NCBI GenBank assembly: GCA_040285825.1
Contig: JAUPSS010000012.1
Span: 124,001-188,000 of the forward strand
Source: Eukaryota sp. TZLM1-RC
Taxonomy: Eukaryota > Protista > Metamonada: BaSk clade
Reading direction: 5' to 3'
Length of the DNA stretch: 64,000 bases
How positions within the stretch are numbered: the stretch's first letter is position 1; each line of letters starts with the position of its first letter. Shown here one piece after another: positions 10,607-21,531 of the stretch. The notes under the pieces were generated by a model. It saw nothing but the letters and a program-made list of their open reading frames with translations. It made no database searches and was not told the origin of the DNA. Both the position numbers and the translations under genes were made by a program.

Positions 10607-12254
10607 CTATCTCACTGCAGAACGTTTTTCTTCAATCTGTTCCTCACTAAGCTGAAAGTCAAACTTGACTGTCTGTTCGCAACCAGTAGACCTGACCTTT
10701 GTGTATACTGTGAGTAACCCTTCCTCATTAATGACAAATTGGACTTTAACCCGTTCAGAAGATGCAGGGGCAGGAGTTATGGGAACCTTAAAGCTATTCA
10801 CTAAGCGATTCTGACCACTGGAACAAACCCCTTTACACTTGGACTTAGTTTTCTGCAGCACATCTGAATCCTCGTCATTACAACTTCCCTGGTAAATGTG
10901 CACCATTACATGGTCTTGGTTATCTTCAAGATTGGTAAAAAAAAGGGTTCTATTTACGGGTAATTTGGTGGGGTTTCCTTTAATGTCAGTCTTGTTGAAG
11001 TAATGAATGACATCAGACTCATTATCAGTACCTAGAGCCAATCCTAGAATAGTGGTTGGTGTTGGTCCAGGGTTAGGATCATCAATTTTAGTACGTCCTA
11101 CCCAGGCAGCTCCTTCCACAACGATAGTCTCCTCGTTAAGGTTGCGAAGCGGTTCCCTTCCAAAGAAATCTGTAATTCGGCTTCTGATTAAGGGGACTCG
11201 AGAACCTCCTCCAACAAGGATGACATCATCAATGTTGTCTTTTGTGAGATTGGCAGTGTGAAGAACAGACGAGATCTTTTCCATACACTGGTCGACTAAA
11301 GGGGAAACGAGTGCATCAAACTGAAAGCGGCTGAGTTCTAGTTCTAGATCTTCATTACCAAAGAAGAAGTCTGCTTGAATCTGCGTCTGTGGAAGAGAGA
11401 CGTCACTGAGTTGGTGCTTGGCGTCTTGGATCAAACCGCGAAGTTTGAGTTTTTGTTTTGAAGATATCCACTTCTCTGGAATCTTGTAATCTTCTTCAAT
11501 TTCCTCGCAGGCCCACTCAGCTATGGCATTGTCAAAATCTTCCCCACCCAATTTTGAGTGACCATCTGTGGCAATCTCGTGTGGGACAGAGTTTTCAATT
11601 TTGATGACAGTAACATCTAATGTACCTATAGTTAAAAAGAGCAGATGGTGTAAACAAACCACCACCAAGATCAAAGACAAGCAGTGTACGGTTTTCAATA
11701 TCGGGGTTTTTGTGTAGGTAATAGTAAGCTGCCGCAGTGGGTTCATTGATTACTTGAATAGGGTTGAGACCCGCAACTCTGTACGCATCAGATAGAACTT
11801 GTCGCTGGCGAACATCAAAACGTGCAGGACAAGTAATTACACAATCTTTTGGAACATCTCCGTCAAATCTGGCCATGGAAGTGGTATATAATCGTTGAAT
11901 ATAAGAGGCAGTGAGATCCTCAGGTGTATATTGGTGACCACCCAAAATGATTTGAATATTGTCATGTTCATCTCCTTGAACTGGGAAGGAGAAATGAGGC
12001 AGAAGCTTTTGTACTACTGGATCACTAAAACGTCTGCCAAGTAGTCTTTTGACTGCCCAAACAGTTGAATCAACAAAGTCCATTCTACGATTGAAGGAGT
12101 TTTCCCCAAAAAGGGTTTCCTCTTTCTTGACAGTAAGGAAAGAAGGAGTTACAGATTTTCCCTGCACAGATGGTATAACATGAGAAGCATCATCAATAGA
12201 ACGTACATAAGCCACTGTGGAATTTGTGGTGCCAAAGTCAATTCCAAGTGTCAT
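10607..12254 (-). CDS. Atypical Hsp70-family protein A (about 537 aa; intron 11626-11659)
   Basis: GIDFGTTNS, VFDLGGGTLDV (restored by removing a 34-nt GT-AG intron), ILVGGGSRVP; no lid helix or EEVD. Confidence 0.9.
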
Positions 12255-12349
12255 TCTTAGAAATAGTTTCTATGGCAATGGAATAAGAGATGAAGACTAG
12301 GTGCGAAATGAAAATTTCTTGATACTCATTTTTGAACCTTCAACACCAT

Positions 12350-13240
12350 TGGCTCTTTTTAGGTACTGGTCTCTCTTCTAGAGCCTTGAATTTCTATACC
12401 TTCTGAATGCATCAATTATTTTCTTTGCTCCAAACAATTGAAACAAAAAAGACATGTCCGGGAGTTAAAAACTGTAAAGACCATAAAACCAACTCAACCT
12501 TATAACCAGCTCTTCAAAATCCAACATTTCCACCTGTTCCTTTGGTAGGTTTTTTGAATTTCATGTGTTTTCGTTGTTCCCAGTTTCCTATTCCAATATC
12601 TACTTGGCCTGGATCACCAATTACTGATTTGAATCTCTGGATCATCTTCGCCTCAGATCTTGTGCGGTTTGTCTCAACCCACCATCTCAGTTAGCTAAAT
12701 ATTGTTTGATGATAGACCTCACTATTGATGCTACTTATAAATTCATTTGTTGTATATACTTCGTAAATGTGTCAATTCTACAGCTTTAGAATTTGAATTG
12801 GGATCATGCTGTCCGTTCAGCTACAAATTTAGTTGATCTGTATTACCCAAATCTTAAGAGTCATTAATTTCTGAGGAAATTTTGCATTTCTTGAGGTACT
12901 TTCTCCCTTACTACACTGATTGCTCTTTGCGTCATTTGATTAATTGTACTATTGTTTCGATCATTCTTTGTTGTTACCCTTCAGACAAATCACAATTAGA
13001 CATATCCATTTCCCTACTATTAGAGTCACTTTGTAATGAAAAATTATCATTCCAAAAACCATTCCGAACTCTTGAAAAATTTGAACTTTCCGTAGTTTTA
13101 GAATTACATCTGCGTTGAGTTAACCTGAAATGAACATATTTGCCTCATTGAGGGGGGTTTTTGAATTGGCCAAAGAAGCAGAAAGATAGAGTAGACCAAA
13201 TTTACCTGGAGCAGAAAAAGGCATTCCTCGATAATGAGAA
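12350..13240 (-). pseudogene. Decayed Fanzor (eukaryotic TnpB) remnant
   Basis: Manual translation through stops and frameshifts: SAPGKFGLLYLS (RuvC-I-like), FRLTQRR, LRWWVETNRTRSEAKMIQRFKSVIGDPGQVDIGIGNWEQRKHMKFKKPTKG, RAGYKV, and a frameshifted C-terminal ERP-YLKR. Confidence 0.7.
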
Positions 13241-14561
13241 AATTAATGTCGGAATCAATGAATAAATTTCAATCACAATCAATATTGTTGATTTCTTATG
13301 TTTTTTATATTTGTTTCTTATATTGTTTCAAGTTCATTCTAGATTAAATGAACGATACTGCTTCTCGATCGATTGCGATGCAAGGCATGTTGTAAATGAA
13401 TTCTGAAGGAAATTGGGTGCTTTCAATATTATCCATATTTTAAATGATGTCCTTAAAGAACAAATCAACTGTGTATCATTGCAGTGATAAACCGACCTTT
13501 TCAAAATTCTTTTGGCACTATTTTCGACAATTTCAGCTGATTCATCTAGACAAAGAAGCTGTTCTACCTAAGGTGTCAGACAGAGAAAAGCCAAAAGAAC
13601 AAAGGAGGTTATGGGTAAGCGTCTGGGACTTCAAATTAATGAATTTTTGAGCATACTTTACAATATCTGAGTCCAGCTCTACATTTTGGTGAACTGTTCA
13701 AAAGCACAAGTTTTTCCTTAAGATTAACATCAAAAAAACTGTCATTGTAAAATAAATTCAAAGATTTGGTGGTTGAATCAGTATCCCTTTAACAATAAAC
13801 TACCACTACACAGTTTCTTTGATTATGGAAAACTCTGAAGAGGGGTTATCTTCCCAACCTTAATAGAAACTAACTAAACTTCAATAATTGTGGATGTACT
13901 GAAAATTAAGGTTTATTGTCCGCTGATTTAATCTTAGAAACTGTCTGTTAATGTAGTGATAACAACTTATTTAACCACTGTAAGTATCAATCACATTTGG
14001 TAGACTTCACTATTGAAGTCATTAGTCATTACGATTGAATGAGTCCAAGTTGATAAGAATATGCTTGATTCTTCAATGCAAATTAAGTTTTTTTAAAAGA
14101 CAACAGTCGTGACTAATGATATTACTTCAACCAAATACATTGTGGAAGTTGTTACCAGTGTGTTAAGTGTGAAGAAATATTCCGTTTTTATTCAAATGTT
14201 TTAAAAATTATCAAAATATGTTGACGTAAAAATAAAAACAAATTATCTTAATAAGGCTTCTCATCTGAAGTATTGATTGGAACTTTCTGTCTCACAATCA
14301 TCTTTAGAAATACTATAAAAAAATACAATTGTCTTGGGAATTGACAAATACTCTCTTATTGAAATAAAATTCTCGAAATTATGGCGATGTTGCTCGGAAA
14401 AATTAGTTAATTAGTTGTAATTAAGCGAAACACTTGCGTTTACTCTAATAGACAATAATTCCAAATAAAATGTATTCAATAATTCCCATTTTAGTATAAT
14501 CTCAAAGCATAAAAATAACCCCAATCATAAGTTTAATTCCAATTGACATTAATAATTAATT

Positions 14562-15611
14562 TCAATCTTTATTTACATATTTACAATAATCAGCTTGCAA
14601 TTTAGTCAAATCGGCGGATTTAATTTTAATTTTTACAATAGTGCTCATGAGCAAATCTGGCTCAACTTTATTAGGAAGATCATGTTGAATACCCTTAACT
14701 ATACCAGTAAAATCAAGCTCGAGTAGTTCATTTTCATATAACCGTAACAAACCCAGACCTACTTTGAATATGATCTTCCATCCTTGATAAATAAAAGAAT
14801 CGAAAATTCTTAAACATAATTTAAATGGAAAAGAATAGAAAAATAAAGTAAGAAACCAGCTAGTGGAAAAAACATCAACTGGAACTGACTCTGCCTGAAA
14901 ATGGTCGTATAGTCTTGGTAATTTAGATTTAATTAATTGACTTAAAATCCAATTGGATTCTTTTACTTTTGGAACTAAATCACAAAATAATTTATTCATT
15001 TCAAACTTTGGTGACGTCATGAGAGTCAGAAAGGTGTAGAAAGCGTCAGACTCAGATTGAAACATTAACAATACCGCCGCTATAAAGCCCGTGCCCTGTG
15101 TGTAACCAGTGGAGGGGTTGAAGTTGGAGTAGGCGGTTAAAATGTTAAACAAGGCCTCCTTTCCCAATCCTTCTCTCTCCTCAAACCAAGGGTTGTTGGG
15201 GAAGGTTCTGCCAATGTCTTTGAGGATGGCATAGTTGGCGGAAGGGTTGGACTGAGAGAGAAGAGAAGGATAGAAGGTCGAAGGGTATTGTAGGGAGAGA
15301 GAAGAAGCATCGGAAAGGTGAAACCATAGGTATCCACGTAGAGAAGAGGGTATGCCATCACGAATAAGAGATTTAAGGATATTGTGTTTGGGAAGAGATG
15401 GTGAAGTAATAATGGTTCGCCATTGATTGAGATTACGAGCTGGAGAAGAGGGTGGGGGTACTGTAGGAGGTATATGTGGATCTATAAAGGAACAAAGTCT
15501 TCGATGTCGTTTTTGATCAGAAATAGGTGTACTCGAGAAGGGTGAAGATGGAGGTGGTTGATGACAGTGAGACTTATCTGATAAAGGAGGGGGTGTTCGT
15601 GGTCGTGACAT
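14562..15611 (-). CDS. TBC-domain Rab GTPase-activating protein
   Basis: GIPSSLRGYLW, ILKDIGRTFP (arginine finger), GYTQG (glutamine finger), WFLTLF, RIFDSF. Confidence 0.93.
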   Translation of the reverse strand: MSRPRTPPPLSDKSHCHQPPPSSPFSSTPISDQKRHRRLCSFIDPHIPPTVPPPSSPARNLNQWRTIITSPSLPKHNILKSLIRDGIPSSLRGYLWFHLSDASSLSLQYPSTFYPSLLSQSNPSANYAILKDIGRTFPNNPWFEEREGLGKEALFNILTAYSNFNPSTGYTQGTGFIAAVLLMFQSESDAFYTFLTLMTSPKFEMNKLFCDLVPKVKESNWILSQLIKSKLPRLYDHFQAESVPVDVFSTSWFLTLFFYSFPFKLCLRIFDSFIYQGWKIIFKVGLGLLRLYENELLELDFTGIVKGIQHDLPNKVEPDLLMSTIVKIKIKSADLTKLQADYCKYVNKD

Positions 15612-15709
15612 CAACTAATACCACACTACAGTCAAATAGTAACCAGTTGAGAGTAACAGGAAATTCCCATAAGTACACGATCAATTTTCGTGTGGAATAA
15701 TTACAAAAA

Positions 15710-16720
15710 CTATCTACTACACAGATACTGAGGCCTTTCATTACCACTCATCCTCGCTTCAGCAATCGCAAACATATTCAGACAAGTCAGCTTATTTCTA
15801 TTGAAAAGCTTTGTTGAGCTTTTGTCACTGAGTTTGCAACTCTCACTGTTACAAGCTAATAAACCATGACATGTAGTAACAGGAGTCTTTTCTCCTCTAT
15901 AAAATCTGGGATCTGTTACTCTCAAAAACCTAGCAACCGTTTCAAAACAAACAGGACATTTTGCTGATGTGAAAGCTTCATTAATCATCAATACTTCGAA
16001 TCCATTTTTTTTCAGAAACTGAATCCATCCAATACTTCTAGTAAGTCTCTGATGTTTTAAATTCTTGGAACCTTTTTTACCATAATCACCCATTAGTATT
16101 AAAGTGTCTTTTGGATTGCCAAACTGCTGCACAAAGCTTTTTAACAACCAACTTTCAGTGTTTTACTTGTGAATAAGAGCTTGCATTTTATGAATGCTCC
16201 ACAAGTCAAGACTGTAAAAGTCAATTGTCAAAGAAACTTGCCGAAGTTTGCCAACCACAAAGTCTGAGAACTCTATAAAAGTTGCTGAATTGGTAGCAAA
16301 CGCAGATAATTGGGTGTTTGCATCTTCATTTGTCATTTCGTTAGACTCTATCAATTGGTTCCTGTCATAAACTACCCAAGTATACTTTATCGCCCATCGT
16401 TTTTGCTTTTCATTCATCCTACTTTTCAAAGACCAGGACATCTGAGTCATTCTCAACCATTTGCACTTCATGTCTTGATTCATCACCCGACTATTTCTTT
16501 GCTGTTCAGTTTCATGTTTAGGCACCATGGCTAGTTCTTGATCAGTCTTTTTACTCCCAAAATAGAATAAATCACGTTTTCCAGGATTTGATATAAAATT
16601 AGATCTTCTCTTTCTGGGACCAGAATTTGCTTCAACATCTTCATCCATTGTTAAATCAACAGTAAATGGATTGGTTGATAGAAGATGTTGGCAGCTTCTG
16701 GATTGAAAACATAAATTATA
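15710..16720 (-). pseudogene. Fanzor1-like RNA-guided nuclease, C-terminal RuvC/zinc-finger half, inactivated
   Basis: ORFs 16163-16738 and 15710-16147 are in the same frame, separated by one TAA. Motifs: SNPGKRDL (RuvC-I, D->N), FGNPKDTLILMGDY, INEAFTSAKCPVC (RuvC-II E plus CxxC), CHGLLAC...C, NRNKLTCLN (RuvC-III, D->N), RPQYL. Confidence 0.85.
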
Positions 16721-18181
16721 TGTTGCCTTTGGTTGCAAAAGTGGTTGAGATAAAGATAATGAGGAAAAGTTGATTTATTTTCTAATCATCACATATAAGC
16801 CTTAGGGCACCCACACTGCTTCTTTCTTTTTTCAAAATAAATCAGCTTATATGAATATGAAACAAAACTATAACAAATAACTAAATAACTATAAATACTA
16901 AGAACTAAATACTAAATTCTAATGTTTGCTATTGTTTACAATTATCTTTGTAGTGATTGGGGTTCACACAAACACTGGGTTTCACATTTTTAAGATCGAC
17001 AATTGATGTACTATGGCTCTCCCAGAACAATGTTAAAGATAAAGTAGTAAGCAATAACTGAAATGGGCCTCGTTCCAAGATCTGTGTGTTTGAATACTTT
17101 GTTGTGTATGTTTTAGTCGCTACATAAAGATGCTCTGCTTCTTCCCTTTTTCGTAAACGAGAAACGTGGTGGTGTCGTTTAGTAAAGGTATCATGGAATC
17201 GAAGAATGGATTCGTTGATGATTATGCAGGGTTTATGTTGGATCAAAAACAACAGTAAGCAAAGTAACAAACCTCAGAGACCTGAAGGTGGCGTCTTTTG
17301 TTGTTAAGGTACGGGCTTTACGACTAAAAATATCAGAGGTGCAAGGACCATATCTTTGCATTGTAGTACAATAACAGTGGAGGTGGAGTTTCTACTCGTA
17401 ACCTCGAATTTGGTCGACTTTTCTCCTGTTTGGCTCCATAAGGAAGGGAGCTGCTCGAATGGATAAAAGTCCATTCATTCGAGGTAAGGCTCCGTATCCT
17501 TGTGAGGAGTTTGTAGAATCCATCATTGGAGTCATCTTTCTGTCTTTGAAATTTGCTTCCATAAAGAAGGAAGCTGCTCAAACAAACAGTAATCTGTAGG
17601 TTCGAGGTGAGTCTCCGCATCCTTCACGATTTTTTGGCGAAGTTCCTTCTCTTCGTCATCCAGTTCGTCTAAAATGGACTGAAGTTTTTCATATCCTTGA
17701 AGGACTGTCGAAGTTTCAGGACTTGAACCAACATTTGCGTTTTTGGTGAGGAGGGGTGTGGTCCCGTTCCTGAAACTTTTTGTGGCATTAGGTTGGATTT
17801 GGAAGAGGCGGGAGGTGGTTCCGTGCCTGTTTCCATCGGTTTTCCTTGAGGGGGGGCGGAGGGTGGTCTCGAGCCCGAGTCCTCGACTTTACTAGTATCT
17901 ACTACTTCTCCTACTGCTATTGTTTGTATGCTCATTGCATCCCTGTTATGTTCCTGCATGTTAGTATTTACGGTGTCAGTGTTTTGGCTGAAAAGGACTG
18001 ACATGATATCTGCTAAAGATATCCTCTGTAGAAAAGCTGAATGTTATCAAAGTTGTATACCTATAACCTAAATGGCCAATTATTATTGTTGCCTTAGGTT
18101 GCAAAAGTGGTTGAGATAAAGATAATGAGGAAAAGTTGATTTATTTTCTAATCATAACATATAAGCCTTAGGGCGCCAACA
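16721..18181 (-). mobile_element. Small non-autonomous LTR retroelement with 95-bp LTRs
   Basis: Direct repeats 16721-16815 and 18087-18181, both TG...CA; 4-bp TSD TATA (16717-16720, 18182-18185); polypurine tract AAAAAAGAAAGAAGCAG before the minus-strand 3' LTR; decayed Pro/Ser-rich ORF 17669-18004. Confidence 0.88.
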
Positions 18182-18401
18182 TATAAACATGATAATCAAA
18201 CTCGACATTAATAAAGTAACAATTTAAGACACAACATACCGTATCTAAAGTGCGTATCATTGTTTAAAATTCAGGATAAAATGGATTAAGATTGTGTGAT
18301 ACAATCAGAACTGGTGTTCAGGAATAACAATTTTTAGATAATTCCTTCCTATTCAAATTTTGGTATTGTTTGTATTTCAACTCCTAAACTCTAACTACTT
18401 C

Positions 18402-20124
18402 ATGTCTAGACTAGTTTTAGGCATAGATTTTGGAACAACCAACAGCTGCGTTGGTTGTGTACTTTCTAGTGACAATGCAAACCACGTTGTTCTCAATGGA
18501 CAAGGCAATCCCACAACACCTTCCTTTATTTCTCATGCGGGGGAGGATTATATATGTGGTGAACTTTCTTACAATCGCAGGGTCCAGCAAGGAGAAAGTA
18601 CAGTTTACGCATTTAAACGTCTGCTTGGTAAACGTTGGGCAGATCGCGAATTGCACGAGGCTCTCGGGTACCTTCCGTTTGAAGTTACAGAAGATGTATC
18701 AGGTAATCCTCAGATCAATTTAGGAGGACGTTATTGGACTGCGGAAGACCTAACAGCACTTTACCTCAAACATCTGTATACAGTAGCACTCAAAAGATTA
18801 GAATCATCAGTTCAGGATTCTGATGTTCCAAAAGATTGTGTAATTACTTGCCCTGCACGTTTTGATGTTCGCCAGCGACAAGTTCTATCTGATGCGTACA
18901 GAGTTGCGGGTCTCAACCCTATTCAAGTAATCAATGAACCCACTGCGGCAGCTTACTATTACCTACACAAAAACCCCGATATTGAAAACCGTACACTGCT
19001 TGTCTTTGATCTTGGTGGTGGTTTGTTTACACCATCTGCTCTTTTTAACTATAGGTACATTAGATGTTACTGTCATCAAAATTGAAAACTCTGTCCCACA
19101 CGAGATTGCCACAGATGGTCACTCAAAATTGGGTGGGGAAGATTTTGACAATGTACTCCTTGATTGGGCTTTTGATGAAATTGAAGAAGAATTTGTTGAA
19201 CAAAACGCAAATCGTCATGTTTTCAAGCCCAAAGAACTACTTCGTCTCAAGGACGCCCTACAGCAAGCTAAGCACCAACTAAGTGATACTAGTCTCGATG
19301 AGACTAACATCGAGATCGCATCTTTCATTAAAGGTGAAGATCTGGAACTAGAACTCAGCCGAGATGAATTTGATGAACTTGTTTCCCCTTTGGTCGACCA
19401 GTGTATGGAAAAGATCTCGTCTGTTCTACACACTGCCAAGCTCACAAAAGACGACATTGATGATGTCATCCTTGTTGGAGGAGGTTCTCGAGTCCCTTTA
19501 ATCAGAAGCCGAATTACAGATTTCTTTGGAAGGGAACCCCTTCGCAACCTTAATGAGGACACTATCGTTGCGGAAGGAGCTGCCTGGGTAGGACGTACTA
19601 AAATTGATGATCCTAACCCTGGACCAACACCAACCACTATTCTAGGATTGGCTCTAGGTACTGATAATGAGTCTGGTGTCATTCATTATTTTGGAAAAAC
19701 AGATTTAGAAGGAAATCCCACCAAATTACCTATAGAACGAACCCTTACTTTTACCAATGTTATAGATAATGCCAGAAGTATCTCGGTTAGAATCTACCAA
19801 GGAATCTGCAATGATGATGATCAAAGAATACTCCAACCTAGTGGAACCAAATGCCGAGGCGTATGTCAGAGTGGAGGCAATCATAACCGCCTCATTGACC
19901 AATTCGAAGTTCCGATTCCCCAGTCAGCAGCAAGAACTGAGCGAGTGAAGGTCACGTTCTCAATTGATACCCAGGGCTTTTTAACCATTATGACAACAGT
20001 TAAGTCAACTGGTGCAGTACGCACGGTTTCTTTCAATTACAATCTAAGCCAAGAACAGATTGCTGAAAAAGCTGGGGAAGAGCGGTTCAATATGTGCATA
20101 GATCAAGTTCTTTGTGATGAATGA
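18402..20124 (+). CDS. Atypical Hsp70-family protein B (about 562 aa; intron 19021-19054)
   Basis: LGIDFGTTNS, DLGGGTLDV after splicing a 34-nt GT-AG intron, ILVGGGSRVP; paralog of 10607-12254 in inverted orientation. Confidence 0.9.
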
Positions 20125-21268
20125 TTTCAATAAAATCTTTTTGTGTACCAGCATGAGTTTTGCAATTTACTCAGGGTTATAAGGTCAGTTTAGCGAACCC
20201 TGCACAATACAATGGATCTGTTCCAATTGAACTCCCGAAAGTAGATGAAAAATCTGATGTTAAACTCAAGTGACAAACCCTTCATAAGAATACGATTGTT
20301 ATAGGTACAATTGGGCAAAAAATATTATTTTATTGTAAAAAAGAAAACTTCTACGCACTTAAATCAAAAAAACAATGAGTATTGAGAATTAGTGTTAAAT
20401 ACAATGATTTATCTACAGCGGCTCTGGGAAAACAACTCCGAAGATTTCCTGAAATAAAAAGTTCTCACTTGCGGAATCTCAAGTCTCGTGTTGTGAGATA
20501 ATACAAATAGAACAATTGTTAAAGGGTACCTTTTTTGAATTGATTGGCAGATTGTAAATAAACATTCAATCAATAGTGCCTTTCCCCTTGCTAAAGGTTT
20601 CTCTGTTAATTCCAGTGGCAATTTGTTGATTTCAGAATCTGTAGTTGTTGATTAGCCCTACTTAAATCCTGGTCTCTTGGCTGTGAAATTGCGTGAAATT
20701 ACCCTAATTATTTTGCTTCTCAAATTATTTCGAAACCAACAGGTTCATTATGATTTAGAAGAGTTTTTGTTGCAGTATTGATCGTTGGCAGGTATGAATT
20801 TAATGGCTTTGATGTAGTAATTATTAATTAATTTCTTTTACCATTTCGCTTGATTCAACTTCAACCACTTTTTTAAGAAGTTGAAAGAAAATACGTGATC
20901 AGGTTCTAATTGAACTTTGTAATTGTGTGGCTATATGCAGAGGTTGTTGTGTTAGTTTTCATACTTACAGTGCTGTTTTCGAACAAGATATTATTTCAAT
21001 TGCGGCATATAGTCAATGATGCCGTCACAATAACTTTTCATCTTCTCTTATCTTTTTATGGAAATATAATGAGTAGAAGATTCATTATTGTTGTTTAAGA
21101 ACAATCTGTATACCAATGTCCTGTATCATTTGACAGATTAGAACAGAAACAGCGTGACAACACAACACTGCTGTAAGTTTCAGAGTTCGTGATATCAAGT
21201 TGTTTTATAACACCTAACATTATTCTATTTCATCTTGGGAAGAGGTAATTCAAAAAATAACTTGCTAC

Positions 21269-21505
21269 CAGAGTTGGCAATACCAATTTTTATCTACAGA
21301 AACTCTAACAACACCGATAGCAAATAGCACAAATGTCAGTTGTCATAATTTCAGAACGACTACTGACCAGAGTGGAGTGAGTGATGTTTGGAAAAATTCC
21401 TAAAATACCAAAAGAAATACCAAAAACAGGATGTTTGGTATTTATGGTATAGCACAAAACAGCATACCATACCATACCAAGTGGTATTTGGTATTGTCAA
21501 CTATA
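21269..21505. mobile_element. hAT-type MITE
   Basis: TIRs CAGAGTTGGCAATACCA / TGGTATTGTCAACTATA; 8-bp TSD CTTGCTAC / CTTGCTAA (7 of 8 match); clustered subterminal ATACCA motifs in both orientations. Confidence 0.75.
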
Positions 21506-21531
21506 CTTGCTAAAAACAAAAATTAATTAGT

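Noticed and set aside
16163-16165. TAA read as Gln (alternative code) making the Fanzor intact
   Set aside because: Conserved host genes end at TAA (rubrerythrin, Otu1, Cdc50), TAG (Unc119) and TGA (catalase) at the expected positions, so the code is standard.
18934-19085. Programmed frameshifts in the Hsp70, catalase, Unc119 and SWIM genes
   Set aside because: Short introns explain every frame change exactly.
21400-21495. CRISPR-like array
   Set aside because: Motifs are 6-8 nt, in mixed orientation and irregularly spaced; they are MITE subterminal repeats.
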